Position numbers and translations under genes: made by a program. From NCBI GenBank assembly GCA_012295275.1, contig CM022665.1, positions 29,698,001 through 29,762,000 of the forward strand: DNA of 64,000 nt, written 5' to 3'. Shown piece by piece: positions 29,019 through 57,058 of this stretch (position 1 is its first letter; each line of letters starts with the position of its first letter). This stretch comes from Chrysomallon squamiferum. Its lineage: Eukaryota; Animalia; Mollusca. The notes under the pieces are model-generated. The model worked only from the letters and a program-made list of their open reading frames with translations. It searched no databases and was not told where the DNA came from.

Positions 29019-29066
<48 letters not shown>

Positions 29067-30146
29067 GATTAAGATGTGTTTCTGAACGGCTCTGGGTGAA
29101 TGTGTGTGTAAGATGACTACGGGTCTTTAAATAGTATGTAATTATATTAATGGTGGTGGTAAGAGTAGCAGACGAAGAAGAAGAAGAAAAAATAATAATA
29201 ATTTCCGCCAGACCTTATATGTTTCATATCTATAATCTCGTAACTATTATTTGTGGGTGACATATTTGAAATTACAGGATGTTAGGTACAGCTGAAAAAA
29301 GAGATTTTTCTTGAAGTCCATCAGGTGTTTAAGGATAATGGATTCCACTGAATTCTTCTCTTTTAGTGAACGTAAGCGTATTAAGATAGCATACACTGGA
29401 TACCAGTCCGTGTTGCTTGAAGCCATTAGCAATCTGATGAAATTATAAAGCAATTTATACGTAATATTCGCAAAAGGTCAGTGAAGTCAGAAATAACTGT
29501 TTATAGTGAAGAAATGAATTTTTGGGGTAATATCTCTACCGAAATGTACAGGCCAGTTGATTTTAATATAAATTAAAAGTGTTAAATCGCAACAAAAAAA
29601 CAGAACAGAGAAAAATACATTAATTTTGGTTTTACCATGTCCTGAATTTATTTTCAATAATTATAAGTTAATAAATTAAAAAGTTGAAGAACTGTATGTA
29701 TATATCCAATAGATATGTTCAAATATCAGTAATTAAGTAAGATAAAATACTACAACTAATACTAATAATAAAAAGTATTGCATGGAAAGCAAAACACGAA
29801 AGAATACGATGCTATTTTGAATTCTACAGCGTTCTTATTTTATTGTCGCCAGTTATTTCATGCTTTTTTCTGTCTTTAAGTTATCTTTCTATCTTTCCTA
29901 TAGTCAGTTCACAGCACGTAAAACACAGCTAACTTGAGATTTCTCTGATGTCAGCTCGCAATTCTGATGGTGAACATGACAAGAAAAGGGTTAACATCAA
30001 TAACGTATGTTAAAGCAGACAAGAAATACTCTAATTTATTTTATTACGAAGTAATGGAAATCTTCTTCGGTATACATACACAAGTGGATAAAGATTTACA
30101 TAAATATTGCTTTTACGAATATTAACTGATTTTAATATCAACGGTT

Positions 30147-30227
<81 letters not shown>

Positions 30228-30601
30228 ATTTTATTATTATTATCATCATCATCATCATTATTATTATTAAAATTAAAAGCTGTGAAAAACAACAACAGCA
30301 AAGAGAAACGTCTATCAACTTCATATTTTCTTACGTGTCATTCTGCATTAATAATTTCTAAAAAAAAAAATAAAAAAAAGTTAAAAAAGTAAAATAATGT
30401 CTAAAATTTCAATTCTATTTTGTTCCAAATGCAATATAATGATATATATGGTATCAGAAGGCAAAGAAACCAAAAGAATTTACATGAAATTTACCAATGT
30501 CTGAAGGTTTTTTTTTTTTTTTTTTTTTTTTTTCCTTATTATATAATAATGTAATAAATATCATCTGACATAAAACAATTTCTTATTTGTTTTTTTAAAT
30601 T

Positions 30602-30632
<31 letters not shown>

Positions 30633-32326
30633 TTATTATTATCATTATTATATTTTTAATTTGCCTTACTTTATTATCTTTTTTTTTTTATTTATTTTTT
30701 CATTATTATTTTTATTTATTTATTTATTATTATTATTTTTCTTTTTTTCTTTTATTTTCTTTTCTTTTTTTTTTTTTGAGAGAGAGAAAAAAAGATACTT
30801 GCAGAGACGAACAGAAAGACGAAGGAATCATTGTATAGAAATAGATTTCAAGATAAAATTAATTTCATTACAAAGGGTTAAATAACAAGCAAATACCAAA
30901 TAAATAAAACTAGAAACTAATGAAAAAAAAAAAAAAAAAGATCTGCACGCTGGATTCACCTACTGCTTAATTATAATTAAAAACATATATATTAATAAAA
31001 ATAATTATGACTGTCACGACCATCAAAACATTTTTATATTTTGTAGTTACGGTGAATTGTGACAGTGGTTCTGTCCACAGAATATTTGAGTTTACCTTGA
31101 CTAGTTTAAAATGACTTAATTACAGTGTTATATTTTCCAAATATTATTTTTGAAATCGCAACCAGTCTTTGCTAATAACAAAGTATGACACCGGTCAGCT
31201 CAGAAGGGTTACACACAACTGGTATTTTCGCTTGCTGTTGTAATCGTTTCTCGGAAATGAAATCACGAAACAAGATGATATATAGGATTCCACACATTCT
31301 AACAGTTATGTTATTGTTTACTATTTACACATTTAGTTTACGAATAAATAATACAAAGAATACAAATATATATTTATTTAGTATATGAATTTTGTTCATA
31401 CAACCTCCAAATCGAAATCTAAAATAGTTGTATTATTCATACACAAGCTACTTAATCAATATAATAAAGATACGTTTTAAAAAGAAAATGATCTTTTCGA
31501 CCGAAAAATGCACTTACAGTGTATAACAAATAATTTTTTTTTTTTTTTTTCAATTTAAAAACCATTTAATAAGTATGTGACAGATGAAGTCATAATAACA
31601 AAACACAATAGACACAAATTAAGGAGATAAAAAAAATAATAATAATAATAAATAAAACAAAAATAAAACAGTAACTGTTTCCGCATAATCTAAAATATAA
31701 CTTTGTTTTAAAAATGTTTTCAAAAAACCTTTGTTTTCTTTTCATTTCTATCATATAATAAGATTAATAAAATAGGTCTTTTACAACAATAGTCTAAAGC
31801 CGTATTTCTTTCATTCCAAAATCTCATCCGTCAAATGATGATAAAACGTAACATTTTGATATTTGTTTCTATTTCGTTTTATTTTTATTCTTTCAGAAAA
31901 AAACCCACGAAAAAAACAAACAACAACATATTTATCAGTTACAACAGTGATTGTGACAATTTTGAAAAATTACTTTCGCAAAGAAAATAATTAACCCAGA
32001 ATTCTTGAAATGAAAGCTTTAGTTGCAGTGTTATAAGAAAAGTAAATATGATACCTGTACATTACCAATATTTTCTTTATTTCGTTTATTTGTTTGTATT
32101 GTTATTGATTTTTACAACTTGGTTTAAAACATGCGAGTTATGTGTCGTCTTTCGTTTGCCTCCGTATTTTTTTTATCAGTTTGTTTGTTTATTTAAAAAT
32201 TTTGAATATTATCATCTTACATGTATGTTATCACACACACACACACACACACAACACACACACAACTGAAGGTTTTTCAAATTCACTATTTTTTATCGTT
32301 CTTTTTTATTTGTTTATTTATTTATT

Positions 32327-32368
<42 letters not shown>

Positions 32369-33828
32369 GGTGTTATTATTAAAAAAAATTAATTTGGTAG
32401 TTTTTTCTAATTATTTATTGATTTGCTATTTATTTTATTTATTTATTTATTTATTTATTTACTCATTCATTTTTATCAGAAATGAAAGGATTACAAGAAT
32501 GCCATATTTTGTGCACTTACAAGCTACTAATGTACTAATACAGGAAATGTTGTGTAAAAGGTAAACTCGGCGAATGATGACACTGATAACTATGTTTCTA
32601 TTGACACCGAAAATACTTCAAAGTGTCGTACATGAAGCTTAAATTATCAAACGAAATAAACTCATTTGCGCTTACTTTGTGGTTCATTTTCGATCAAAGA
32701 ACAGAGAATGCGTTTAATTAACGTTACTTTGATAACGAATAATCATTATAACATGGAAGTATATTATTTGTGTTCAAATACCTTTGTAAATAGTCGATAT
32801 TACGTAGATACACATTTCCACAGAACTTGTAATCATATGCATTGAAACCTGAATGCAAATTATTTATAGGAAAACGCAGCGTATTCTCACAGAAGGTGGC
32901 CTGTACTTTTAACTGGCGCTATAACTTTTACTCATTTTAAGTGAAAATGGTCATAGACAAAGTGACTGCAGGCAAAATGTGAAGATTCCCAGAAGGTTGT
33001 ACGTATTCTTCAATTAAACTTCTATTTTACAGCAATAATGACAACCCACAATTAATCAATATCGCCTAGAGATTTCATTAAATAAAAACAAATTTGTACT
33101 TTTTAAATGCATGATCATCACCATTATCACTGATAATGAGGTGTCATCAAACACAGTAAAAGAAAACGAGAATGTGATGTAATTATTCAAATACCACATG
33201 GTGAATCAAGAATAAATTAGAAGTATTTATGTATGTACTTTCAGTTTCTCATTTCAAAGGTTTCATTCAAATTATCATTTATGAAAATATTAACAAGAAA
33301 AAGATTTACAATTTTCACAATAATTACCAGTTTAATTTTCCTTAATTACTTATTTTTGTTGTTATGTTGTAAAATAAAAACAGACTATTTATTTATCAAC
33401 ATTTTACAGCATTCAGAAAGAACGTGTTAAAGCTCAACACGTTTCTATACTGTGATAAACATGACCTCTGTAATGCATGCAATGACTAGTATTGTCATCA
33501 CTATACCAAATATGTAAATAATTATTATTATCTTTTTTTTTCAATATAAATTCTGTCCTTTGTTTGTCATTATAAAATATGATTATTAGGTTTTAATCAT
33601 GCAGTTTAGTAAACTAGCTTTAATAAAAAGACAAATGTCACCACAGTGGGCAAGGAGTGTTTTTATGTACTGTCATAAAGGGAACAAGACACCAGAGTCA
33701 CCCAGGCATGAAGAAAACAACATTTTAAGTGAACATTGAACAACAGAAATGTAGTCACATCAATACATCAGAAAATTCTAACGCACACACACATCAATAC
33801 AAACAAAGAGTGGAAAGATTGTAAACAG

Positions 33829-33834
33829 TTTATT
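33829..33834 (-). terminator. Candidate SEL1L polyadenylation signal (implies a ~2.8-kb 3'UTR)
   Basis: AATAAA on - followed ~20-45 nt later by a U/GU-rich element (ctctttgtttgtattgatgtgtgtgtg); roughly coincides with the end of the CpG-depleted domain. Other AATAAA hexamers exist nearby. Confidence 0.4.
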
Positions 33835-33998
33835 TTGTAACAGCAGTTCTAAAGTTACAAACACTCCTACATTCATACATTGATCATGATCTTTCATTCT
33901 TGGTTACACAACACAACCTTTTTTCCCCCAACAAAACCAAAACATATCAACATTAACTGCTTTAAAAAATAATTCAAAAAAACTAAATAAAATAATAA

Positions 33999-34033
<35 letters not shown>

Positions 34034-36637
34034 AAAAAGTAATAAAAATGAAATATAAATTCATATGTACATACATATTTGTATTCAGTTTGTTTTGATA
34101 TTTATGTATATATTATGCATGTATAAACATGCACACACATACAAATGGACACCAATATACCAGTTTTTAAAAGGAAGACAAAAAAAAAAAAAAAACCAAA
34201 ACAACTGAAAAAAAAAAAAAGAATGGAAGAAAAAGAAAAAAAGGCAAAATAAACTATATTATCATACAAAAGTCAAAATTATCTGAAATGGTTTAAATTT
34301 ACTTGTTGTATACAACATAATATTGTGCAAATGAAATTAAACTTTCACTGCAGTACAGTGAAGGGACATAACTCCTGTTGATGGAAAGTTATCTTGAAGT
34401 ATAATTATTTCAATCGAGTTGTTCTCTTCTTTTTTTTTCACCATGAAAAATGTCCAATGTAAGTCCAATTACATTAAAACTGTTACAGTCTGGATGGTTC
34501 TCATAGCTTGGATCATTCATGTGATAAAATCATTTTTTTCATAAATGAGCAAAACAACAGAAATCATTGGTTTAATCTCATGAGGGACCTTTAGTTACTT
34601 AGGTAGTGGTCACAGCACAGTGAATTACAATGTAATCTCCAGTGTGTCATATCAGTTCAGTGCAGTGCTGGGTATTATGTTATTTTCTTGCACCATGTTT
34701 CAAATTTTTGCTGACAGATAAGTAGTGAAGAGGTTAATATAAATAACTGAAACATCTGGAACTATGAGTATATGGTCTTCAACTGTACACTAAGTTAAAA
34801 GAATAATAATAATCACAAGATATGCTGTACAATAACAAATAGGTAAATATTCAGATTTTATTGAAATCTAACATTGTTTTTAGCTATTCTCTTTTTAAGA
34901 GAATGCAGAAGAAAAAAAAAGGTTTAAAGAATTGTTACAATATATATATATATATATTTAAACAAACTTTACATAACATAAAAATAATAATAATTACAAT
35001 TTTAAAATCCTTTGATTATAAATGTACATAAAGTTTATATTTTCCTGGTTTTTGTTCATAATTTTTATTTACCGTTTTTTTTTTTTTTTTTTAAAATTAT
35101 TATTTTATTTCATTTTTTCTTACTGGCCAAGTGAATAATGCAGCATTACTGCATGGAAAGAAAAGCTTTTTAAAGCTAAACATAGAAATTATAAATCAGA
35201 AATAACCACTAAAACAAATTTTTTAAAAACTGTTAGTAATAATTTTAAGAAAAGAAAAATCACAAAAATCTCAATACACAGTAAACTGAAGATATACAGG
35301 ATGTAGAAACACTGGTAACATACATTAAAACATTTCTAAATGAATGTAACGAATGTCTATGTACAATGATAAAGTGATTATCTAGATTAATAACACAAAT
35401 ATACATTTTCCTGAATTTTTAATTATTATTTTTTCTGTTTGTTTTTGTAATAAACAAATACCACTGGAACCGGATTTTGTAAACACAAAATATTTGTTAT
35501 ATACTTATACACATAAAACATGTACATATATAAATTACTGGTACACCCCAAGACATTTAAAAACTGTATTAATGTTTTGCAAAACACTGTGTTTTTAAAT
35601 TACAAGTATAACCCTGTATATATAAATGTTGAAAACCAAACACCTTGCAAACTTGTTTTGTAACAACATTCACCCAAGCAAGTGAATATTTCAGAATGAA
35701 AGACAAGAAAAAAAAAAAGTAAATAATAATACAAAACAAATAACTGAACATTAATACCATATAAATATGATTATGCAATTACATTACCAGATTTTAACAC
35801 CTGGTATAATAATAAATGTTTCAATCACACAGAGAGTGTAATTTGTCATTCATAAAACCGATAACTTTGGTGCAAATGATTAAAAACAAGTCATATTAAA
35901 CTGTGCATCTGACTAAACAAGTTAAATTCATGAAGAAGGAATCAAAATTTTAACAATATAAATTTGTATGTATATTATTTTATTTTACAGATTTAATAGA
36001 AAGTTTTGTTGTTAAAATATCTATAAAATAAATTCATTAGCAAGAAATCTATATTAGTGTATGTAAAACATAACACATTAATAAATTTGGATTTAATTGC
36101 TAGCATCTGCGTGCATTTATGTATGTATGTATGTATATATTACATACACACATACAGCAATTCAAAATACAATGGAAATATTATATTTTCAACAGAAATG
36201 CTTTGGCACTTGATTGTATTATAAAAAAAAACATTTCTGAAAATTAAAAAAAAAAGTTCATCACTTTTTACAAACTATTTTTAAAAATATCAACAGTAAC
36301 ATTATTATAGACAGTATTTTTCCAAAAAATTATTTATTTATTTGTAAGACTGTGGATTTTACTTGTAAGTCTATTACCATTCTAGCTTCTTCTAGTCATT
36401 TTTTGCATGTGCTTTGTGGATTTCTGAACTACACATTCATACATTTATTGTCTTTGTGTCCATAATAACAAAAAAAGCATATACCAATAAAAAAAATAAT
36501 GGTAATAATACAAAGTATTTATATATTTGATATGAGGAACTGTTCTAAATGTGTTATTGATCAAGAAGCAACAACAAATTAACAGAAACATTTTCCATGT
36601 CCTGCTATTTCACGCGAGATGTAACAGGGCATGGGGG

Positions 36638-50050
<13,413 letters not shown>

Positions 50051-51013
50051 GATGGCAGAACTCCACTGATATTCCCACTATTCAGTTCTATAAATGAAAA
50101 GAATAATTATTGCTTGTAACAGCCAATATTAAAATAAAAAAAATAAAAAAATAAAAACATTTTTTTTAATCAGGATTAGCAACTTCAAATAATACAGTTT
50201 GGTGTTATAAATCATTTACTTCTGTCATATACTGTCTGTGTTACATTGTTATGTATGGATATGAATGTGGATCAATCTGTAGTATAAATGTTATTCTGCT
50301 AGTCTGTTACTTAATCAAATTCTTTGTAAATATGTTAAATTAAATAAAATGTATACCAAATACTGCAACCAGTCTGCCAAATCATGCATATAATTCATTT
50401 TTCACAATGCCTGTCATTAAATGCTGTAATTCAAATAAAATATTCTAATACTGATTACAAACACTAAATCTACATGTATAACTATAAGCTGAGTGGGTGC
50501 ATGATTTTTTTTCATTTTATTTACAGCATTGATTTAAATCAGTTTCAATTTGTAGTCCAAAGTTCCAATGCACTTTTTTCTAACTTCATAGTTTACATAA
50601 ACTGAGAACTAAGTGAAACAAGGCAAAAATCATGAAAATAACATTCTGTCAGAGATTCAAGATTGTTCTTTTAATTTTAATAAATAACCGAAACAACAGT
50701 ATTGCTAATGTTCCAACATAAGTCATAAAATTATATTTTATATAGCAGTATATATTATATTTATATCATTAACAAGTTAGTGTTAAAGATTCAAGGGGCT
50801 GAATCAGTTTGAACTTGTAAAATACATACATGTTGAAAACAACAGTTGATGATGTATTCTAACGGCTTTGATAGTCTACAATTTGAACTTGAACTTGTTT
50901 CTATCTCAGAGATAGAAGAGAGAATAACAGTTAATCCCAAACAAAATATGACAGTTATTACCGACTTTTCAACAGTTTATTCCACATGCAAAAAATTATA
51001 AGCAGTTATATTG

Positions 51014-51130
51014 TGCCACGTAAGATTAGAGTAACAAACCTTTTCGACACATCGGCCATTTTGGGTCATAACGGGTCACTATTTACGTTCACTTATTTTA
51101 TTGGGTAGACGTGTTTTCGATTAACCAATC
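51014..51130 (-). promoter_or_regulatory. Putative SEL1L promoter and short first exon (donor after 51040)
   Basis: Local return of CpG. Two CCAAT boxes (51100-104, 51125-129), YY1-like CAAAATGGC (51063-51055), three ACGT cores including TTACGTGGCA (51023-51014), and donor AAG|GTTTGT at 51040/51039. Confidence 0.6.
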
Positions 51131-51491
51131 ACAATGCAGTCCTTTTAATTTTTATTCAAGGGAAGTAATCTATATAATAGTATTCGCACAGTAATTATCT
51201 TCTCCTAACATTAACGTTCATGTAACGATAAAATTTAATATAATTGCTATAAAATTGCTATTAGAAAAGTAAGATGATGATAATTATGGTGATGATGAAA
51301 ATAATAATAATAATGATAATGTACTAAAAAGAATAAATTATAAATATCAGATTCTGGAGAAAACTCATCCCAATTTTTAAATTTAATTTTTTTTTTTTTT
51401 TTTAATACATAGCCGTCGTATGTAATGTATGTTCAGATGCACATACTGTGGGAGAGTCAGTGGGTTAAATTATAATTAAATTTGTTTGTGT

Positions 51492-51529
<38 letters not shown>

Positions 51530-51856
51530 TCGTTTATTAGCGGATTATTGCTTAGAGCGGTAAATGCAAAAAATATGTTAAACATAATTAATATGAAAAA
51601 TATTTGGAAGCTTTCTATTTTTTCAAGCATTATAAATATATTTATTTCGTAAAATCCAACAGCATACATACATATATACATACGTATGTATGTATTCTCT
51701 TGGAATTTACGAAATATTTCATGTACTGATAAGGTAAATATTGGTAACAATAGCTGAAGATAACGACACAAACTTACATAAAGACATGCTCGTCATGCCT
51801 GGCAGCATTTCAGAAATAATAAAAATTAATTATTTTATTTGTGATATACTTATTGA

Positions 51857-51957
<101 letters not shown>

Positions 51958-54177
51958 ACTGTTTGCATTTTGATTTTCTTGTTTCTGTAGTCTTTTATTC
52001 GTATACTGACTGCATATATATATAAACACACATAGACACACACACATACATACACACATATCAATAGTGTGTGCATATAATTTTGTATTAGTCTGATTTC
52101 TGTGATTTGTTGGGTGCTTTTCTTTCATGAATAATTACGAATATATTTTATATATGTAGATTTATGTATTAATTCATAAATTATTTATAAATGAATGAAT
52201 CATATGAAGCTATGTGCTTGGACTATTACCGAATTATCTGGTATCTTACAGAGGAAAAAATGGAACAGTTTATTTTTAATTCTCACTACAGTTTATATCA
52301 TATTATTTTTGTGTGTTTGTTTTTATTATTTTGTTTTTGTCTTTTTTCTCTGTTTTCTCTGGGTTTTTTTTTAATTTTTTATTATTAAATCAAAACAAAA
52401 ACGTCTCCAATCTGCTCCATTTCTGTGATGGTAAAGTAACTCATTCATTGTGGTTTCAAACGTCATTGACATAATTTTTCTTAATGTATGAAAAACGGTA
52501 TTTTAGAGTCAGTTAGCTTAGGCATATTGATTTCTTTGTTAACTTAATACATTAACGATCTATTTCAGCTGTAATATTGAATCCCGATGGTAATAAAAAT
52601 GTAAGCATTGTTTCCAGAATCATTAATAGGAAGTTATTAAAATAATGTCAATTATCACTGGCTTTAATGTGCAGCGGTCAGATGTCGAGAACAATGGATC
52701 GTGCTATCTCGAGTGCAGATACTGCTTTGCACGTCATTATCCTCATCTCTTTGAGTATTTCCCTGTTTACCAGAACATAAGAAATGTCCAGTTTATCCGA
52801 AAAAGATTTGTATGTACTCGTTTGTTCTATCTAAATTTATGCTCAGCAATAAATTACAGCACATATATTTTAAAAATATCTTTTAAAAAGCATTTTTCTG
52901 TACAGTTGTATTGTTTTTACGAATATTTCTTTAAGTTTCCATTTCATACCACTTAATTACGTGCTGAATATTTTCTGTCTCTAGATTTAGCTGAACAGTA
53001 AGATTTTAAACAAGCTTAATTTATATGTAAATATAAAAAAACTGTTGCAAAAACTGCTTTCCTTAATTAGCTTCCTTTTGTTCTGTATAAAATTTATGTG
53101 GAATAATCCATATCTTGATTCATCTCAGAGATAAATGGAATTTAAATTACTCATTAAAAGCTCATTACAAAACATTTTAACGAACAGTAAACAACATTAT
53201 TCACAACTGTTTCTTTATATAACTAGCCTCCAGTTTATACCTTATAATTATATGTGGAATAATTTAACCGATAAATTAACTAAAGATTTAAATGAAACTT
53301 AGTGACAAGTGAATATTTTCTCTAAATTTTTTTTTTTTTTTTTTTTAACAATATTTTGCTAATACCATTTCTTAAATATTCCTTTGTAAATCTATTTCTA
53401 TCTGAAGCTATATAGTAGAACAACTGGTAATAGTTCACACACTTACAGTAGTAGAAAGAATGGCAGTTATATCAGGCTCACTTTACTAAATAAATAACAC
53501 GAAATTCTTGTTTGTGCAATTAAATTATGTTTTTTAATTATTTATAATTAACATATAAGTAACATTACTTACATATACATAGTATATACACACACACATA
53601 TATAATACATATGACTCCTGTTTTGCAATCTAAATATCTCAGTTTACAGAATGAATATTACAAAATTTGCAAATGCACAAAATGTTTTGCATTCCAAAGA
53701 ATGAAATGCATACAAGATGTTAAAAATAACTAACACAAAACTGAGTTGTTAAGTAACAGACTACATCTGTAAATACACCGAAAAGGTGATAATGCATATA
53801 AGAATACATAATAAATATATGTAATTAGTGACAGCCTAAAATAGGTGTAATAAAATGTACATGAAAACAGTTTTAACAGAGACAGATATATACAATTTTA
53901 CTATCATCTATATAAAGTTATATACAAATACACACAAGCAAGTGACAAATTTATAAAAAGGTTTAAATAGTATTTTCATAAATGTACACTACATTGATAC
54001 AATCAAATACACTTGTTTCCTTGTTGCTTAACTTTTACAACAATCGACTAGAGATTTTATATATATAAACGTAATAATAATAATAATAATAATAACCCTA
54101 TTTATATATTTTCTTTCACTTATTAATCATATTTTCTTTATATAAGAGCGTGTGTGTTTACACTCGCTCCCTCTCTC

Positions 54178-54223
54178 TATATATACATATATACATACAT
54201 ACGTACATATATATATATATATG

Positions 54224-54255
<32 letters not shown>

Positions 54256-54514
54256 CATACATACATACTTACATACATACATATCTATCTACATACATAC
54301 ATATGTAAGTATATATATATATATATACATACACACACGCAATCACTGTCCGAGGTCCCATGATTAACAAATGTTTTCTTCTAACTTTTCTATAAACTAA
54401 TCAAACGTATTCCACAACATTACTCTCAAATTAGACGAACAAGATAACTGGATTATATACTGTATTATATTATATTATATTATATTATATTATATTATAT
54501 TATATTATATTATA
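54178..54514. repeat. (TA)n/(TACA)n tract and (ATTAT)n pentamer repeat
   Basis: Directly visible at 54178-54338 and 54463-54514. Confidence 0.85.
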
Positions 54515-55225
54515 ATTGGGTTTTGTAGGTAGTAAAAGGTCAATCTTATTTCAATAAACCAACTATCATATTATGTTCATTATAAAAACGTTAACATTAT
54601 TTTTTTTCTGAAGCCACGATACTGATTTCACAATTAATGTTTTCCTTACATTAATGTTCTAACAAAAGAATGGCCATCTTCCACTGCATTTGCCTTTTCT
54701 TTTTTGTTCTTTTTTCAATGCTCTTTCTTGTGTTACTGATAACATATCAGCCTTCATGTTTCTTAATTAGCATCTTTGCGAGATAGATTAGTTTTCCAGA
54801 TATCAACGTGGGCGAATATTTATTTTTGACATTTTACATATATTTTACTCAGACCTTTTGCAAGCTTAGTGACGTTTATGTTCATATAAAATAATAATAA
54901 TAATACTTCCTGTCTCAGTTTTCATAAATTAAAACCAAAGAGAGGTAAAGAGAACGAAAAATATTCTTTTAAATACTGTAATAATAATAATAATATACTT
55001 GTATTTAGAAGTTCAAAAGTTGGTTCTATTATATGTATTATATAATCACCACAATGTGTTTACATTCAGAATTAAACAAACGTCGAAGAGAGTGTGATTT
55101 CAACATGTCTAGCTGGAATTAACGAAAATGTTGCAGGTTTGCAAAAACACTGTATAATGAAAGAAAGAACATTTCAACATTGTACAGTCACCAAATACCA
55201 TATGTATATCAAATGCTTTTTAAAA

Positions 55226-55320
55226 AAAAGATTCCATGCCTGTTTAATGATTCCTTCTTTGAAAAGATTCCATGCCTGTCTAATAATTTCTTTCTTGAAA
55301 AGGTTACATGAATACCTGTC
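55226..55320. repeat. 36-bp tandem repeat, ~2.5 copies
   Basis: aaaagattccatgcctgt.taat.att.ctt..ttg starting at 55226, 55262 and (diverged) 55298. Confidence 0.75.
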
Positions 55321-56086
55321 TGTAGATATTAACAAATATCTCTTCGTTTTCGCACTCTGCTTTTCCCAGATCCATTCAGTGAATAAAATATAAATGCGAA
55401 GTTTGTTTTCTGAAGAAGTTTGCTATTCACAGTTACTGATGATCAATGTCTTTTCTCGTTGATCAGTTAGTTTGTTGTTCTTATGGGTTTTTTTTTTCTT
55501 TTTTTGAAGGGTTTTCTTTCGAATTTTTCTGCTTTTTTCTTTCATTTTTTCTTTATTTTCTGATGACCAAAATAAATATTCCTTTCAGAACGACAGTCTA
55601 GTATTTTAGACATGATGAAGAAAATCCATTTTTAGCTGGACTGGATAACCACGTAAATATTAATGGTACCTTAATGAAGATTCAGACGTTTATATAATAG
55701 ACTTCCATCTTTCACGGTGCATTAATATTAATCTTCAGTAAAGGTCTAGATTACCTGAAAACGTTATATGCTGTGTAATTCCCTAGACATGCTGATAGCT
55801 ACTAATATGTCTTATGATAACATTTTAGTAATAAATAGTCAGTCTGCACGTTTTTAAACTGTTCTCATTGGAACTTTGACAGTTATTGTTTCTATTACAG
55901 ATATATATCTAGTCTATTCATCAAAGGAATTGCTGGAACTTAATGTGTTTTTTTTACTGTTAATACAGTTCGCAGTATTTCTCTGTTATATGACAACAGG
56001 CTGGAGAAGAGAACATTTAGAATGCATTACTCTTCAGAATAATCAGGAGATGGAACGTTATAGTAATACGGTTGCATGTTAACATT

Positions 56087-57021
56087 TTAGTTTCTCACTG
56101 CTACACTAAGCGAAGCTACTTTTTCGCCATCTTCTGACATGTACGTAACATCTGTGAGTGTGTTGATTCCTGAATCCAGACTTCCAACAGAAATGTGAGA
56201 GTAGGACGACTCAGTCTCCTCCACTTTGTTTGTCTCACACAGCGCAGGGCTGGATTTGTTCAGTCGCTTCTTTTCTTTCAGTGATGCCTGTTTGGCCTTG
56301 GGCTTTTTCGTAGATGACGATCGACAGACTCTTTTGTTAACGACAACCTTCTTCCTAGAGTTCTTCGAAGAAGAAGAACTATCTCGGTCCTTGGGGACGT
56401 CGCTGAGTGCCAAAGTCGCTAAAGAACAGTTGACGCCAACAGAAAAGTGGGCGCAGTCTCTCTTTTCTGGGTGGGACATGCTCTCTAACTCGCAGTCAGA
56501 CGACATGCTGTCGAAAGAATTTTTAACAGAAGCGGTTCCATCAGCCGAAGAGTTGCTGCTTTGGTGTTTGAGTTTCGTTCTGCGCGCGACGTGACTTCTG
56601 TTTGTCTGAGTGAAGTCGGCTGTCACGGTTCTGTCTTCTGTCTGAGTGACGCGGGAACAGGTGGTGACGCGCGGCAAAGAAACTGTTGACGATCTGGCTA
56701 ACGACGTCGCTAACTTCGCAACACGATAAAAACGATCTCTTCTAAGGAAATCTAGGTCGTCTCGTTCGTAGCCGTATTCTTTTAACCACTGAAAAGCGGT
56801 TTTTCCGTGAGTCCTGTCTTTTTTGCTTTGCATCGCTTTGCCCTGTTCAACCAACAGTCTGGCACACTGGATGTTACCTGCTTTAGCGGCCGCGAGTAGT
56901 GCAGTGTCTCCACGATTATTCGTGTGGTCAACTTTCAACCCAAGTCTTCGAAAGTTCTTCAGTAGCATTTCCATAGCAATATCGTTTCCCTCCGCACCAC
57001 AGTAAATTAGAGCAGTGTTTC
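56087..57021 (-). CDS. ANKRD63: ANKRD63-like ankyrin repeat protein, last exon (ankyrin repeats and Ser/Lys-rich disordered tail)
   Basis: Poly-T tract then cttt AG acceptor, phase 1. GNTALIYCGAEGNDIAMEMLLKNFRRLGLKVDHTNNRGDTALLAAAKAGNIQCARLL contains the FRRLGL.xD.TN signature recalled from ANKRD63. Stop ends at 56087. Confidence 0.85.
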
Positions 57022-57027
57022 CTAAAG

Positions 57028-57058
<31 letters not shown>

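Noticed and set aside
29247-29453. 68-aa minus ORF (LYNFIRLLMASSNTDWYPVY...)
   Set aside because: No recognisable motif or splice framework; length is within chance expectation.
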